A model generated the notes under the pieces. The model did no database searches, was not told the DNA's origin, and saw only the letters and a program-made list of their open reading frames with translations. A program made the translations under genes and the position numbers. Of a DNA stretch of 64,000 nt, positions 52,040 through 64,000 are shown one piece after another. This DNA comes from Mobula hypostoma (taxonomy: Eukaryota), in the NCBI RefSeq assembly GCF_963921235.1, contig NC_086097.1, forward strand, positions 110,486,001-110,550,000, given 5' to 3'. The first letter of the stretch is position 1; each line of letters starts with the position of its first letter.

Positions 52040-52285
52040 TAACATGAGAAAGTCTGCAGATGCTGAATGCAACATACACTAAACACCGGAAGAACTCAGC
52101 AGGCCAGGCAGCATCTATGGAAGTGAATAAACAGTCAACGTTTCAGGCCGACCCCTTCTACAGGACTGAGAAGGAAGGGGCAAGATGCCAGAATAAACAG
52201 GTAAGGGAGGGGAAGGAGGATAGCTGGAAGGTTACAGGTGATGACAGGTGGGAGGGAAAGGTGAAGGCTGGAGAAGAGGATTCAT
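52040..52285 (-). mobile_element. Penelope-like terminus, decayed
   Basis: tctgcagatgctg...aactcagcaggccaggcagcatctatgg...gtcaacgtttcaggccg; the hammerhead core is mutated. Confidence 0.75.
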
Positions 52286-52599
52286 GGACTGAATGATTGC
52301 TCTTGTGCATCTCGAAGTGGCTGGATTTCCACCATGAATGGAGTCTTAGCATGGAACTAAAATATGGTGCCCCAGTAGCACAGAGTTTATTGCAATGCTT
52401 TACAGTGGCAGCTGTAAGATCAAGATTCGACTCCCACCACAGTCTCTAAGGAGTTTCTACATTTTCCCCACGACTGCATGCGTTTTCTCCGGGCACTCCA
52501 GTTTCCTCCACGTTCCAAAGACTCGGCTCCATCAGCTGGGCCAGTGCGGCAGTGGAGGAAGGAGAGTGGTAACAGTACAGAGCAATGCATTAAAAACTA

Positions 52600-53000
52600 T
52601 ATGTTACAATAAGAAAACATTAAAAAATTTAATTAAACACATAGTGCAAAAAGAGAGCAAAAAATGAAAAAAAAAGTGAGGTAGTGTACATGAGATAATT
52701 GTCCAATCAGAAATCTGATGTTGGAAGGGAAGAAGCTGTTCCTAAAATGTTCAGCACGTGTCTGCAGGCTTCTGTACCTCCTCCCTGATGGTAGCAATGA
52801 GAACAGGGCATGTTCTGTGTAGTAGGGGGGTTTTAAATAACGGACATGCCTTTTTGAGGCATCGCCTTTTGAAGCTGTTCTTGATGTTGGGAGGCTAGTG
52901 TCCATGATGGAGCTGGCTGAGTTTGCAACTCTCTGCAGCTTTTTCCGATCCATTGCATCGGCCCCTCCCTCACTACCAGATGGTGATGCAACCAGTTAGA
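52600..53000 (-). mobile_element. Rex1/Babar-type LINE 3' end
   Basis: ORF 52633..52953: DRKKLQRVANSASSIM...HALFSLLPSGRRYRSL.TR...FRNSFFPS.IR.L. Confidence 0.85.
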
Positions 53001-54424
53001 CTGAGATGTGTAAGATGGCAGTGCACTCTGACATAGCGGCTCCTCAGTGCACTCCGACATAGCGGCTCCTCTGGATCCAACCAGAGGTGTCATTGTTTCT
53101 CCTTTACATATTTTTCATGATCCCAAGACAGTGCTGGTTCTTGAGGGCATCAGGTTCTGCAGACCTATCCCACTAACAAGTTGCTGAACAGTGATGGAGC
53201 TGCACTTGCGGCCTGCTTCAGGCACCCAAAGAAGGCGTCAGAGACAGTGCACAGAGGACGATCCATTGGACAGGGGTGATTGTCTTGGACATTTTTGTCA
53301 TGATTGTAAGACCCTGTTTATGAAGAATACTGTGAATTCAAGTCACCGGTTCATTGGTGAGACTGATGGTGGGGGAGCCATGTGGCCCTGGTTAGGGCAC
53401 AGACCAGGCCTCATTTGTCCCTCCGGGTCACTTGTTGCAGCCATCGAGTTAGGAGATGTTGGAGCTGGCTGCGTGCCACTGGATATCACGCTGGCCCCTC
53501 CCATCAGTGCTGCCCTCCAGTATTTGTTCAGTGGGATTCAGCTGGATTGCGTTTGACTGCAATTGCACCGCACAATATGAGGAACTGCTGCAAGCTGTTG
53601 GTGCAGAAACGAGCCTCCAGGACAACATCCATGCACCATCAATCTACAGCCCATTGACACTCAGGGACTTGGGCGATTTTTTTTGGTCACTTTTTTTTCT
53701 GCTATCATAATTATATGTGCTGTATGACTGTGGTTCTGTGTTTTGCACCTTGGCCCCAGAGGAACACTGTTTCATTTGGCTGTGTTCATATTGTGACGCT
53801 CTGGGAGGTGTGATTGATAGCCTGCCCCTGCATTTCTAATAACCAGCACCGTTTATTGTTCTCATGTTAAAATGCTTTTCAGGAATTATGGTGGGAAGTT
53901 CCAGTTCATTTATTGTTGCACTTTAACTTGGGTTATACAGTTATTCACTTGTGTATTTGTACATTACCCCGACTGCAATCGGGGTGCGTGATGCTCACCT
54001 CCCCTGTCTGTGTGAGACTGGATGGGTTCACTCTCCGGTCATGGTGCCTGTCTGTTTTGTAAACTTCACTTCCGAATGTTATTTACTTAACTTCATTGTT
54101 TGCACAATTCATTTCTTTCCCCTGCACACTTGGTGTTTGATGTTCTTTTTTTAAAAATGGGATGTATTGGGTTTCTTTGTTTTGCAGCTGCCTGGAAGGA
54201 GGTGAATCTCAAAGTTGAATATAGTATAGATACTTTGATAATGAATGTACTTTGAATCCCTGAATATCGTCCAGTCCACTGACTCAAAGCAGTCCAGTAA
54301 GGTGCTCCTGTGCCTCCCTTGACCGTACCTCCTTGCCCGAGCACTGGTGCTGTGGTTTTTAGTCCGTATCACAGGAGCAGAAGAACAGCCACAGTGCAGG
54401 TGTGGGATGGCGTGGGAAATGTTT

Positions 54425-55050
54425 TTAACGGCATGTTAGCCTTCATAAGAAGGGGAGATGAGTATAGGAGCAAAGAGGTCCTTCTGCAGCTGTACAGGGC
54501 CCTGGTGAGACCACACCTGGAGTATTGTGTGCAGTTTTGGTCTCCAAATTTGAGGAAGGACATTCTTGCTATTGAGGGAGTGCAGCGTAGGTTCACAAGG
54601 TTAATTCCTGGGATGGCAGGACTATCATATGTCGAAAGATTGGAGTGACTGGGCTTGTATACTCTGGAATTTAGAAGGATGAGAGGGGATCTGATTGAAA
54701 CATATAAGATTATTAAGGGATTGGACACACTAGAGGCAGGAAACATGTTCCTGATGTTGGGGGAGTCCAGAACCAGAGGCCACAGTTTAAGAATAAGGGG
54801 TAGGCCATTTAGAAAGGAGTTGAGGAAAAACTTCTTCACCTAGAGAGTTGTGAAACAGAAGGCAGTGGAGGCCAATTCTCTGGATGTTTTCAGAAAGGGT
54901 TAGATAGAGCTCTTAAAGATAGTGGAGTCAAGGGATATGGGGAGAAGGCAGGAACGGGGTACTGATTGTGGATGATCAGCCATGATCACAGTGAATTTCG
55001 GTGCTGGCTCGAAGGGCCAAATGGCCTACTCCTGCACCTATTGTTTATTG
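54425..55050 (+). mobile_element. CR1 LINE 3' fragment
   Basis: NGMLAFIRRG.EYRSKEVLLQLYRALVRPHLEYCVQFWSP...ESRTRGHSLRIRGRPFRKELRKNFFT. Confidence 0.92.
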
Positions 55051-55499
55051 AACTACTTCACTCAGAGGGTCGTGAGAATGTGGAATGAGCTGCCCACGCA
55101 AGTGGTGCATGTGAGCTCAATTTCAACGTTGAAGAGGAATTTGGATGGGGATGGTGGAGTATGGAAGGCAGTTGATGGGAGGAGGCAGTTTTTGACATGG
55201 ACTAGATGGGATGAAGGGCCTGTTCTATGCTGTACTTTTCCATGACTCTATGATCCCTTGATCTTTCTTCTCCCTCCTCCCATTGGACAGAAGATACAGC
55301 CGCTTGAGAATATGTATGGCCAGGCTGAATGCCAGATTCGATTCTACAGTTATCAGACTCTCGAATGGGCCTCTTATAAGCTGTAGATAAACTCTTGATC
55401 TTTTCATCTATCTTGTTATGGCCCTTGCACTTTTTTGCCTACCCACACTGCACTTTCTTTTTAACTGTAACCCTCTGTTCTGAATTCTGCTTTGCCTAG

Positions 55500-55912
55500 A
55501 TGTAGCAGACACCAACAGAATCAACAAACTCATTCGGAAGGCCAGTGATGTTGTGGGGATGGAACTGGACTCTCTGACGGTGGTGTCTGAAAAGAGGATG
55601 CTGTCCAAGTTACATGCCATCTTGGACAATGTCTCCCATCCACTACATAATGGACTGGTTGGGCACAGGAGTATATTCAGCCAGAGACTCATTCCACCGA
55701 GATGCATCATAAGAAGTCATTCCTGCCTGTGGCCATCAAACTTTACAGCTCCTCCCTTGGAGGGTCAGACATCCTGAGCCAATAGGTTGGTCCTGGACTT
55801 ATTTCCTGGCATAATTTAAATACTACTTTTTAATTATTTATGGTTTTATTACTATCGTATTATTTATGGTGCGTTGTTCCCTCGGGATCAATAAAGTATG
55901 ACTATGACTATG
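55500..55912 (+). mobile_element. Rex1-type LINE 3' end with (tatgac)n tail
   Basis: ORF 55553..55777: GMELDSLTVVSEKRMLSKLHAILDNVSHPLH; tail aataaagtatgactatgactatg. Confidence 0.8.
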
Positions 55913-56164
55913 TATAGATTGATCCCTCTGGATGACATGCTAACCAAAGTTTCCCACCCAACCTCAATGGAAAAAGCCTGCTAGCATTTACCCTATCCGT
56001 ACCCCTCATAATTGTATACCTCTATCAAATCTTCTCTTGATCTTCTGTGTTCCAAGGAATAAAGTCCTAACTTATTCAATCTTTGCATATACAGTAACTC
56101 AGGTCTTCCAGACCCAGCAACACCCTCGTAAATTTTCTCTGTACTCTTTTTTTTGTATTGAGAT

Positions 56165-56895
56165 ATAGAAACATAGAAAACCTACAGCACAATACAGGCC
56201 CTTCAGTCCACAAAACTATACCGAACATGTCCTTACCTTAGAAATTACCTAGGGTTACCCATAGACCTCTATTTTTCTAAGCTCCATGTATCCATCCAGG
56301 AGTCTCCTAAAAAACCCTATCATGTCCTCCCCCATCACCATTGCTGGCAGCCTATTCCACACATTTACCACTCTCTGCGGAAAAAAATTACCCTGACATC
56401 TCCTCTGTACCTACTTCCAAGCACCTTAAAACTGTGTCCTCTCGTGTTAGCTATTTCAGCCCTGGGAAAAAGCCTCTGACTATCCCCATGATCAATGCCT
56501 CTCATCATCTTATACATCTCTATCAGGTCACCTCTCATCCTCCATCACTCCAAGGAGAAAATGCCGAGTTCACTCAACCTATTCTGATAAGGCATGCTCA
56601 TCAATCCAGACAACATCCTTGTAAATCTCCTCTGCACCCTTTCTATAGTTTCCACATCCTTCCTGTAGTGAGGTGACCAGAACACAGCACAGTACTCCAA
56701 GTGGGGTCTGACCAGGGTCCCTTATAGATGCAACATTACCTCTCGGCTCTTAAACTCAGTCCCACAGTTGATGGAGGCCAATGACCGTACACTTTCTTAA
56801 CCACAGAGTCAACCTGCGCAGCAGGTTTGAATGTCCTATGGACTCAGACCCCAAGATCCCTCTGATCCTCCACACTGCCAAGAGTCTTACCATTA
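56165..56895 (-). mobile_element. CR1 LINE 3' fragment, same subfamily as 10806-12745
   Basis: Reverse complement of about 12030-12745, with tail atagaaacatagaaaacctacagcacaatacaggcc. Confidence 0.9.
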
Positions 56896-56899
56896 ATAA

Positions 56900-57190
56900 A
56901 TTAAATATCAAAACATACAGTGAAATACTTTGTTTGCGTCAACAACCAACACAGCCTGAGGATGTGTTGGGAGCAGCCAGTAAGTGTCACTACCCTCCCA
57001 GCACTGGCATAGCATGCCCACAACTTACTAACCCTAACCTGTACATCTTTTGAATGTGGGAGGAAACTGGAGACCTCAGAGCGAATCCATGTAGTCACAG
57101 GGAGAATATACGAACTCCTTACAGACAAAGGCAGGAAGTGAACTCTAACTGCTGGCACTGTAAAGTGACACGCCAACTGCGACACTACCA
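56900..57190 (-). mobile_element. V-SINE/HE1-like SINE
   Basis: tgtgggaggaaactggagacctcagagcgaatccatgtagtcacagggagaatatacgaactccttacagac is the reverse complement of the SINE core. Confidence 0.75.
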
Positions 57191-60149
57191 AGCCATATTA
57201 ATAGTTATACAGCATGACAAAAGCCCCTTGGACCAAGTCATCTACACCAACCTGGGTTGTCTACCTGAGCAAGTTCCATTTCCCCACATTTGGCTCATAT
57301 CCCTCAAAACATTTTGCATCATCAATGAGAATAGATTTTTTTTTTACCTGTGATGCACTTTTCACCTGATAGAGTACAGAATATAATAATGGTATTATTC
57401 AATCCAATTTAATTCAAGTTCAATTGTCATTTAACCATACATGAATACCCCTGAATACAGCCAAATGAAACACTGTTACTCTAGGACTAAGGTGCAAAAC
57501 ACAGTACCACGAATCATACACAGCACAAAGTACACCTATGTGAACACATATATGATGTAAGCACATAAAGATATCAATAAGATACAGCAGAGCAAAAAAA
57601 AAGTCCAGACCTGAGCCATGAATACCGCAGAAATCTGCAGTCAACCACAATACAGCTTGTCTTCTGTTTCAAGTTTTGAGCCTCAGTATACTGATTATAT
57701 CCAATATTTTGACTGTGAAAGTGTCAAGTTCACTTGCTTTGACAATTAAGATTTAGTTGCAAGCAATCCTACTGAAAAGTCTTAAAAGCATGAAAAGCAA
57801 ATTCTATACAAATAATTATGCCCATTAGTTGAAGAAGTTATTTTCCAAATTAAAAAAAATACATCAAATAAAGACTGCTTGTTGGCAATTGGGTATCGCT
57901 CCACTAGATCAGTCTTTCACTTTATGAAAGTGGATGGGTAGGATGATCAATGGGAAGAGAATGCAAATGTGGCAAATGGAGAGAAGAGAAAATTTATTAT
58001 GAAAATACCAAGAATATATCCAAACAGACTGACAATCCTGTTCCTAGCAAGGTTTCTCTGACAGTAAGCTTGAGTACTGAATGTTAAGAGTGATCCATCT
58101 TTCTGATCCTGAAACACTGGACCAGAATGTGCGATGCCACAGGGATGGTTCCATATCTCATCGCTGGCTAGTGCAGTGCGCATAGAAGCTTGTTACTGAC
58201 TTCCACTCCTGGGCACTGCAACAAGAACTGGTAATAATGGAGGTCGGACGTGTGTCACAAACTCACTATTGAGTCTATGACCTTCCATATCTTGATCAAC
58301 ACACCTTCTATCTGGTCCCTCAGCTAATCAAACAGGATCTAACAAAGTTCCATTCATTTGAAAATGATCCCTGACCTTCATTTACAAGGTAAGTTTTGTT
58401 AAGTTTTGTATTTTTAAAATTCAGTCTTTCCGCATTTTTAGAAATTAGGAGTACTGTACTGAATTTTAAAATTTGAAGTATAACTTCTACCCTTTCAGTT
58501 ATTTCATTATCTTAAACTATTTTCCAGGGTTTCTGGTGAACAGTTAGCAGATGGCCATCAGGGGCTTCCCTTCCACTTCCTGTGGCCTCAGTGGCAGGTG
58601 CACTGTGCCTCCTGAAACAGTGCAGGCAGCAAAACGAGCAGGACCTCAGGAGCTGCACCACTACAAAGTGTAAGTGCAGCTGTTGGGGGAGACCCACAGA
58701 GATTGCCCGATCAAGTGGGACATGACCTCTTGATAGTATTTCTTCACAAGTGTTCTTGACCATTTAATTATTTCCAGCATTCTCTGCTTTTATTTGACCT
58801 CTCTGGTCAGGAAGAGTTTATGAAAATTGCTGATACGCTATGAGAACAATATTGTCTAAGTTGCCCAAGAATTAGCCCCAGACTGTCTGGTGAACAAAGG
58901 TTTCACAGTACTATTCACAGCACAGAGATCCTACTCAACATATGTCACAGCTAATTAATGCTAGAAATGTCACTACTGATCATGGAATCACTGACACAGA
59001 GTGCAAAGGGAATCACTCGGCCCAATGTGCAATTCTCTATTATAAAGTGCAAATACTTTACTCCCATTCTTTAGCAAATTCCATTCACTTGCAAATATTT
59101 TCTTTTTCAGTTCATGTCTTACAGCCAATTGAAAGTTACAAATGACTCTGAATTAACTCTTTGGGAGCCATGTTACAAATCACAGCAACAGACTGCACAA
59201 AATAAAAACTCCATAGGTGCAACACCTGCCAATAATTTTAAAGATGCATCTTCTGGTTACAGACATTTGGTCAGAGATTTCCTTTATTTGTTTTGTACAC
59301 CCATTAATTTTACCCTATCCTTCAGTGCTCCCAGGAGCTTCTCGTCTCACCACTTAACTGAAGTCCCCCATGCCTGGTAAAGCTTTTCTGCACCTTCTCT
59401 TTGCTTTGACATGCTTCATAAATTGTGAACTGTGGAAAGGGACACAATATTCCGGTTGACCAGTGATTTATCTGTGTTCATAATGATTATAAAAGTTTTA
59501 GTTTAATGTATGTTTGTTCATTATCTGCCATATCGTATGACATAGGCAATCATTGTCTTTCCATGCCCATAATTGTTTTTGGCAAATTTTTTACAAAAGT
59601 GATTTTCCATCACCTTCTTCTGTGCAATGTCTTTACAAGACCAATGACTCCAGCCATTATCAATATCTTCAGAGATTGTCTGCCTGACATCAGTTGTTGC
59701 CTAACCAGGGCTTGTGATAAGCACCAGTTGTTCATATGACCATCCACCAGCTGCTCCCATGGCTTCATGTGACCCCGGGGAACAAACCAAGTGCTACACC
59801 TTTCCCAAAGGTCATCTGCAGGCTAGCAGAGGGAAGAAGCTCCTTACATCTCCACTTCCACCCTGCCAGCCACATTATTTTTAATGTAGATATTAATAAA
59901 TAAGCATGATCTGGAAAATTTGGATTAGTAAATCTATCCCCATGGATTTCTCTCTTCCTGCCTCCACTTTTAAGCATTTTTCCATCAAAAACACATTTCA
60001 TCATATTTCTTTTAAATAAATTTCATTGGCTAATTTTATCAGTTTACGTTTGAGGTCAATCTTTATCTTCTATATTTGTTAATTTCTTATGTTTTGGCAT
60101 TTGGAAAGTCAAGTTGGGGCAAAATATACACAGGAAATTTAGAGGGCAC

Positions 60150-63100
60150 CAAGTAATGCCATGGAACTGAGAAAAGCGAATAGCATAGAAAGAGATTTAG
60201 TCAAGATAGCTGAGAGAGTCAGTAGGCTTACAAAAGCTCTCAGTGGATAGTTTGTCTGAAAGATGGAAACAGAGATCGAGAAACAAGAGAGGTGTCAGGG
60301 ATGGACCAAGTAAATTTCAGGGCAGAGTGGAAGTTGGAGGCAAAGTTGATGAAATTGACGAGCTCAGCATGGGTTCAGGAAAGAGAACCGATGCACCCAT
60401 CAATGTAGCATGGAAAGAGTTGAGAAGTGTAGGCTTGAAACATGGACTTTTCCATGTAGCTGATGAAAAAGCAGGCATAGCTGGTGCCACATCATTGGTT
60501 TGGAGAAAGTGGGAGAAGCTAAAGGAGAAATTGTTAAGAGTGAGAACCAGTTCTAACAGATAGAGGAGTGTGGTGGTGGAGATGGACAGATTAGGTCTGT
60601 TGTCCAGAAAGAAGCAGGAGCTTCAATGCCTTGCTCTTGGCAAATGGAAGTGTTATAGGGACTAGCTATTTGTAGTCAAATAGAAGTGATCAGGGCCAAG
60701 GAACTTAAAGTGATTGAAGTGATTGAGAGTGTGTGAATTGTCATAAATGTACATAGAAAGGGACTGAAACAAAGGGGATAAAATGGAGTTGAGGTATGCA
60801 GACATGAGTTCAGTGGGGCAGGAGCAGGCATAAACAATGGCCTACCTGGACAGTCAGGTTTGCGGATCTTGGGCAGGAGGCCTGATCTTGGCCTGATGTT
60901 CATCAGTGGGGTCCTATTCAAGGTGTCCTAAGAGGAGATGTCCGAGAGATACTGTCTGGCCTCAGTAAAATAGAGGTCAGTTTGCCACACTACCGTTGTG
61001 ACCATGGGTTCGATGGTGAGGTTGGGATTGGTGCGTTCAGACAGTGTTACATTTGAATAAGAGAGAGGAATGCTGAAGTCTAGACATTGATGTCTTGTTG
61101 AAGAACTCGACATCATGGCGGCTGTGGAATTCACTGAGCTGCAGGTTCACTGGGACAAAGATAAGGCCTTGCTGAGGACAGAAGGTTCTGTCTCAGAGAG
61201 GGGAAGATCAGAGCAGATCTTTCAAAAGTCAATAGATTCTGGCATGGTTCCATAGGACTGGAAGATTGCAAATGTCACTCCGCTATTTAAGAAGGGGGCA
61301 AGAAAGCAAAAACAAAATTATAGACCTGTTAGCTTGACATCGGTGGTTGGGAAGTTGTTGGAGTCGATTGTCAAGGATGAGGTTACGGAGTACCTGGAGG
61401 CATATGACAAGATAGGCAGAACTCAGCATGGTTTCCTTAAAGGAAAATCCTGCCTGACAAACCTATTGTGATTTTTTTGAGGAAATTACAAGTAGGCTAG
61501 ACATGGGAGATGCAGCGGATGTTGTATATTTGGATTTTCAGAAGGCCTTTGACAAGGTGCCACACATGAGGCTGCTAAACAAGATAAGAGCCCATGGAAT
61601 TATGGAAAAGTTACATACATGGATAGAGCATTGGCTGATTGGCAGGAAACAGAGAGTGGGAATAAAGGAATCCCATTTTGGTTGGCTGCCGGTTACCAGT
61701 GGTGTTCCACAGGGGTCCGTGTTGAGGCTGCTTCTTTTTATTTTGTACATCAACGATTTGGATTATGGAATAGATGGCTTTGTGGCTAGGTTTGCTGATG
61801 ATACAAAGATATGTGGAGGGGCCGGTACTGCTGAGGAAACAGGGAGTCTGCAGAGAGACTTGGATAGATTGGAAGAATGGGCAAAGAAGTGGCAAATGAA
61901 GTACAATGTTGGAAAGTGTATGGTTATGCACTTTGGTAGAAGAAATAAACAGGCAGACTATTATTTAAATGGGGAGAGAATTCAAAGTTCTGAGATGCAA
62001 CGGGACTTGGGAGTCCTCGTACAGGATACCCTTAAGGTTAACCTCCAGGTTGAGTCGGTGGTGAAGACGGCGAATGCCATGTTTGGCATTCATTTCTAGA
62101 GGAATAGAGTATAGGAGCAGGGATGTGATGTTAAGGCTCTATAAGGCACTGGTAAGACCTCACTTGGAGTACTGTGTGCAGTTTTGTGCTCCTTATTTAA
62201 GAAAGGATGTGCTGACATTGGAGAGGGTTCAGAGAAGATTCACGAGAATGATTCCGGGAATGAGAGGGTTAACATATGAGGAACGTTTGACCACTCTTGG
62301 ACTGCACTCCTTGGAGTTTAGAAGAATGAGGGGGGACCTCATAGAAGCATTTCAAACGTTGAAAGGCATGGACAGAGTGGATGTGGCACAGTTGTTTCCC
62401 ATGGTGGGGGAGTCTAGTATGAGAGGGCATGACTTAAGGATTGAAGGGCGCCCATTCAGAACAGAGATGCCAAGAAATTTTTTCAGCCAGAGGGTGATGA
62501 ATCTGTGGAATTTGTTGCCACAGGCGGCAGTGGAAGTCAAGTCATTGGGTGTATTTAAGGCAGAGATTGATAGGTATCTGAATAGCCAGGGCATCAAAGG
62601 TTATGATGAGAAGGAGGGGGAGTGGGACTAAATGGGAGAATGGATCGGCTCATGATAGAATGGCGGAGCAGACTCGATGGGCCGAATGGCCGACTTCTGC
62701 TCCTTTGTCTTATGGTTCTTATGGGATGGTAAAGACACGACAGGGATTGGAACTGGGGTCATTGAGGTGGGGGATAGAGAGTTGGAGGGGTCAGAGGAGA
62801 GGTGAGGGCTGGGATGTTCATGGAAGATGGGGGCTCAGAGGAATGATGAGGGGATGAGGGGAAGAGGGGATGAAGGGTAGAAGGGAGCCTGAAAAACCCA
62901 GGTTAATGGGAAATAACGCTAGAAGAAGAGAAGTAGCACCCAGTGGCAGCGAGGAGGGTCTTGGTCCGGAGATGGAGGCATCAGGGGTTAGAGCAGGGAG
63001 TGGATGGGGCCATAGTCTTGTGATGCCTGGAGCCAAAGTCGGAAACGGAGCTGGAGGCAGCGGAATCCATGGTCTCAAGGTTGACGGAGCTGAGGTCCAA

Positions 63101-63150
63101 GCTGGAGGCAGCAGGGTCACAGCCTGCAAAAGCTGAGGCTGAGGCTGGAG
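60150..63150 (-). mobile_element. Decayed Penelope-like retroelement ORF region, split by a CR1 insertion
   Basis: LLPKIRKPDCPGRP in ORF 60676..60921 is a PLE RT N-terminal motif. The purine-rich sequence before 61215 resumes after 62722. Confidence 0.7.
61215..62722 (+). mobile_element. 5'-truncated young CR1, same subfamily as 44650-47965
   Basis: ORFs 61503..62099 and 62074..62631. Colinear and highly similar to about 46464-47965. Confidence 0.96.
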
Positions 63151-64000
63151 GGCTATGGTTTTGGATAAGTTAAATAGGCTAGGCTTGTTTTCCTTGGATT
63201 GAAAGAGGCTGAGCATTGACCATATACAAGTGCGTAGGATTATGAGAGGCATAGAGAGGGTAGTCAAAATCTTTCTTCCCATGATAGAGGTATAAAAACC
63301 AAGGGGATTAAAGGTGAAGGCAGGAGTTTTAAAGGGAATCTGAGTGACAAGGGTTTTTTCCATGCACACAGATTTGTTGCTATCTGGGACACGCTGCCAG
63401 AGGAGATGGCAGAATCTGATTCATTCATATGTTTAGACACGTAAATATGAAAGGCCCTGAAGGTTACAGTCTGAATAGAGGGAAATGGTGTTAGTGTACA
63501 GTAAACTGGCAAAAAGGTTACGTGGATGTGGTGGCCTATTTCTGTGCTCTACAGCTCTCTTTAGCTTAGAATTTATTCCATTTAAACCTGTCCTTATTAG
63601 TATAATATATGATCAAAAAGATCATATTCCTAATACAACTAGAATGTGGCATTTCATCAAAGTCCATGTACACAATATCAATGTCAAATGAAATGAACAG
63701 AATAAATATACCAAGTGTTTGAGCTGTATGGTTATCAGGACCAATGTGGCATGAATACAAGCTAATTAACTCCGTCTTTCAGATTATCTTGCAATGGCAT
63801 GGATTTCTTAATCTATATTTCAGGTGTAAAAGGAAAATCTGAACTTCCCAAATATTAAGTCTGGTTTCCTTAGTGTAAAGGGCTCAGTGAGGACAGAGTT
63901 TTAGAAGTACATCCTGCAGAGCTTTCAAAGACCTTCAAGGGAAACCGCAATACTGGACTTCACTTTGGGGAACCTAGCTAATCAATTGGAGGGATCTGGG

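Noticed and set aside
53793..54090. Possible LTR fragment starting tgtgacg
   Set aside because: No matching CA end or TSD was identified; left unclassified.
62818..63369. 183-aa Pro/Leu-rich minus-strand ORF
   Set aside because: It is a chimeric reading of antisense CR1 and decayed Penelope sequence.

Overview
Eukaryotic, repeat-rich vertebrate genomic DNA. The repeat inventory (HE1/V-SINE-type SINEs, CR1 LINEs with esterase ORF1, Rex1/Babar, Penelope-like elements) points to a cartilaginous fish, probably a ray (inference). The window appears to lie entirely inside an integrin alpha-9 (ITGA9) gene on the minus strand. Three phase-compatible coding exons (39086-39175, 26238-26346, 21493-21600) encode part of the extracellular calf region; I could not find the neighbouring exons in the window. 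Everything else is intronic and dominated by decayed, often nested transposable elements, and almost all ORF-track entries are TE fragments or noise. Most notable observations: (i) minimal type-I hammerhead-ribozyme motifs in Penelope-like termini, including 130-300 bp mini-insertions and fold-back insertions with 13-14 bp target-site duplications; (ii) a SINE-derived 44-bp minisatellite containing a perfect 73-bp-arm hairpin (direct-inverted-direct rearrangement); (iii) a Tigger-type MITE that closely resembles my recollection of mammalian MER2; (iv) a three-level CR1/solo-LTR/CR1 nest. No CRISPR, rRNA or true tRNA gene is supported. TE boundaries are approximate unless a TIR or TSD is quoted, and family names come from motif recognition, not database searches.
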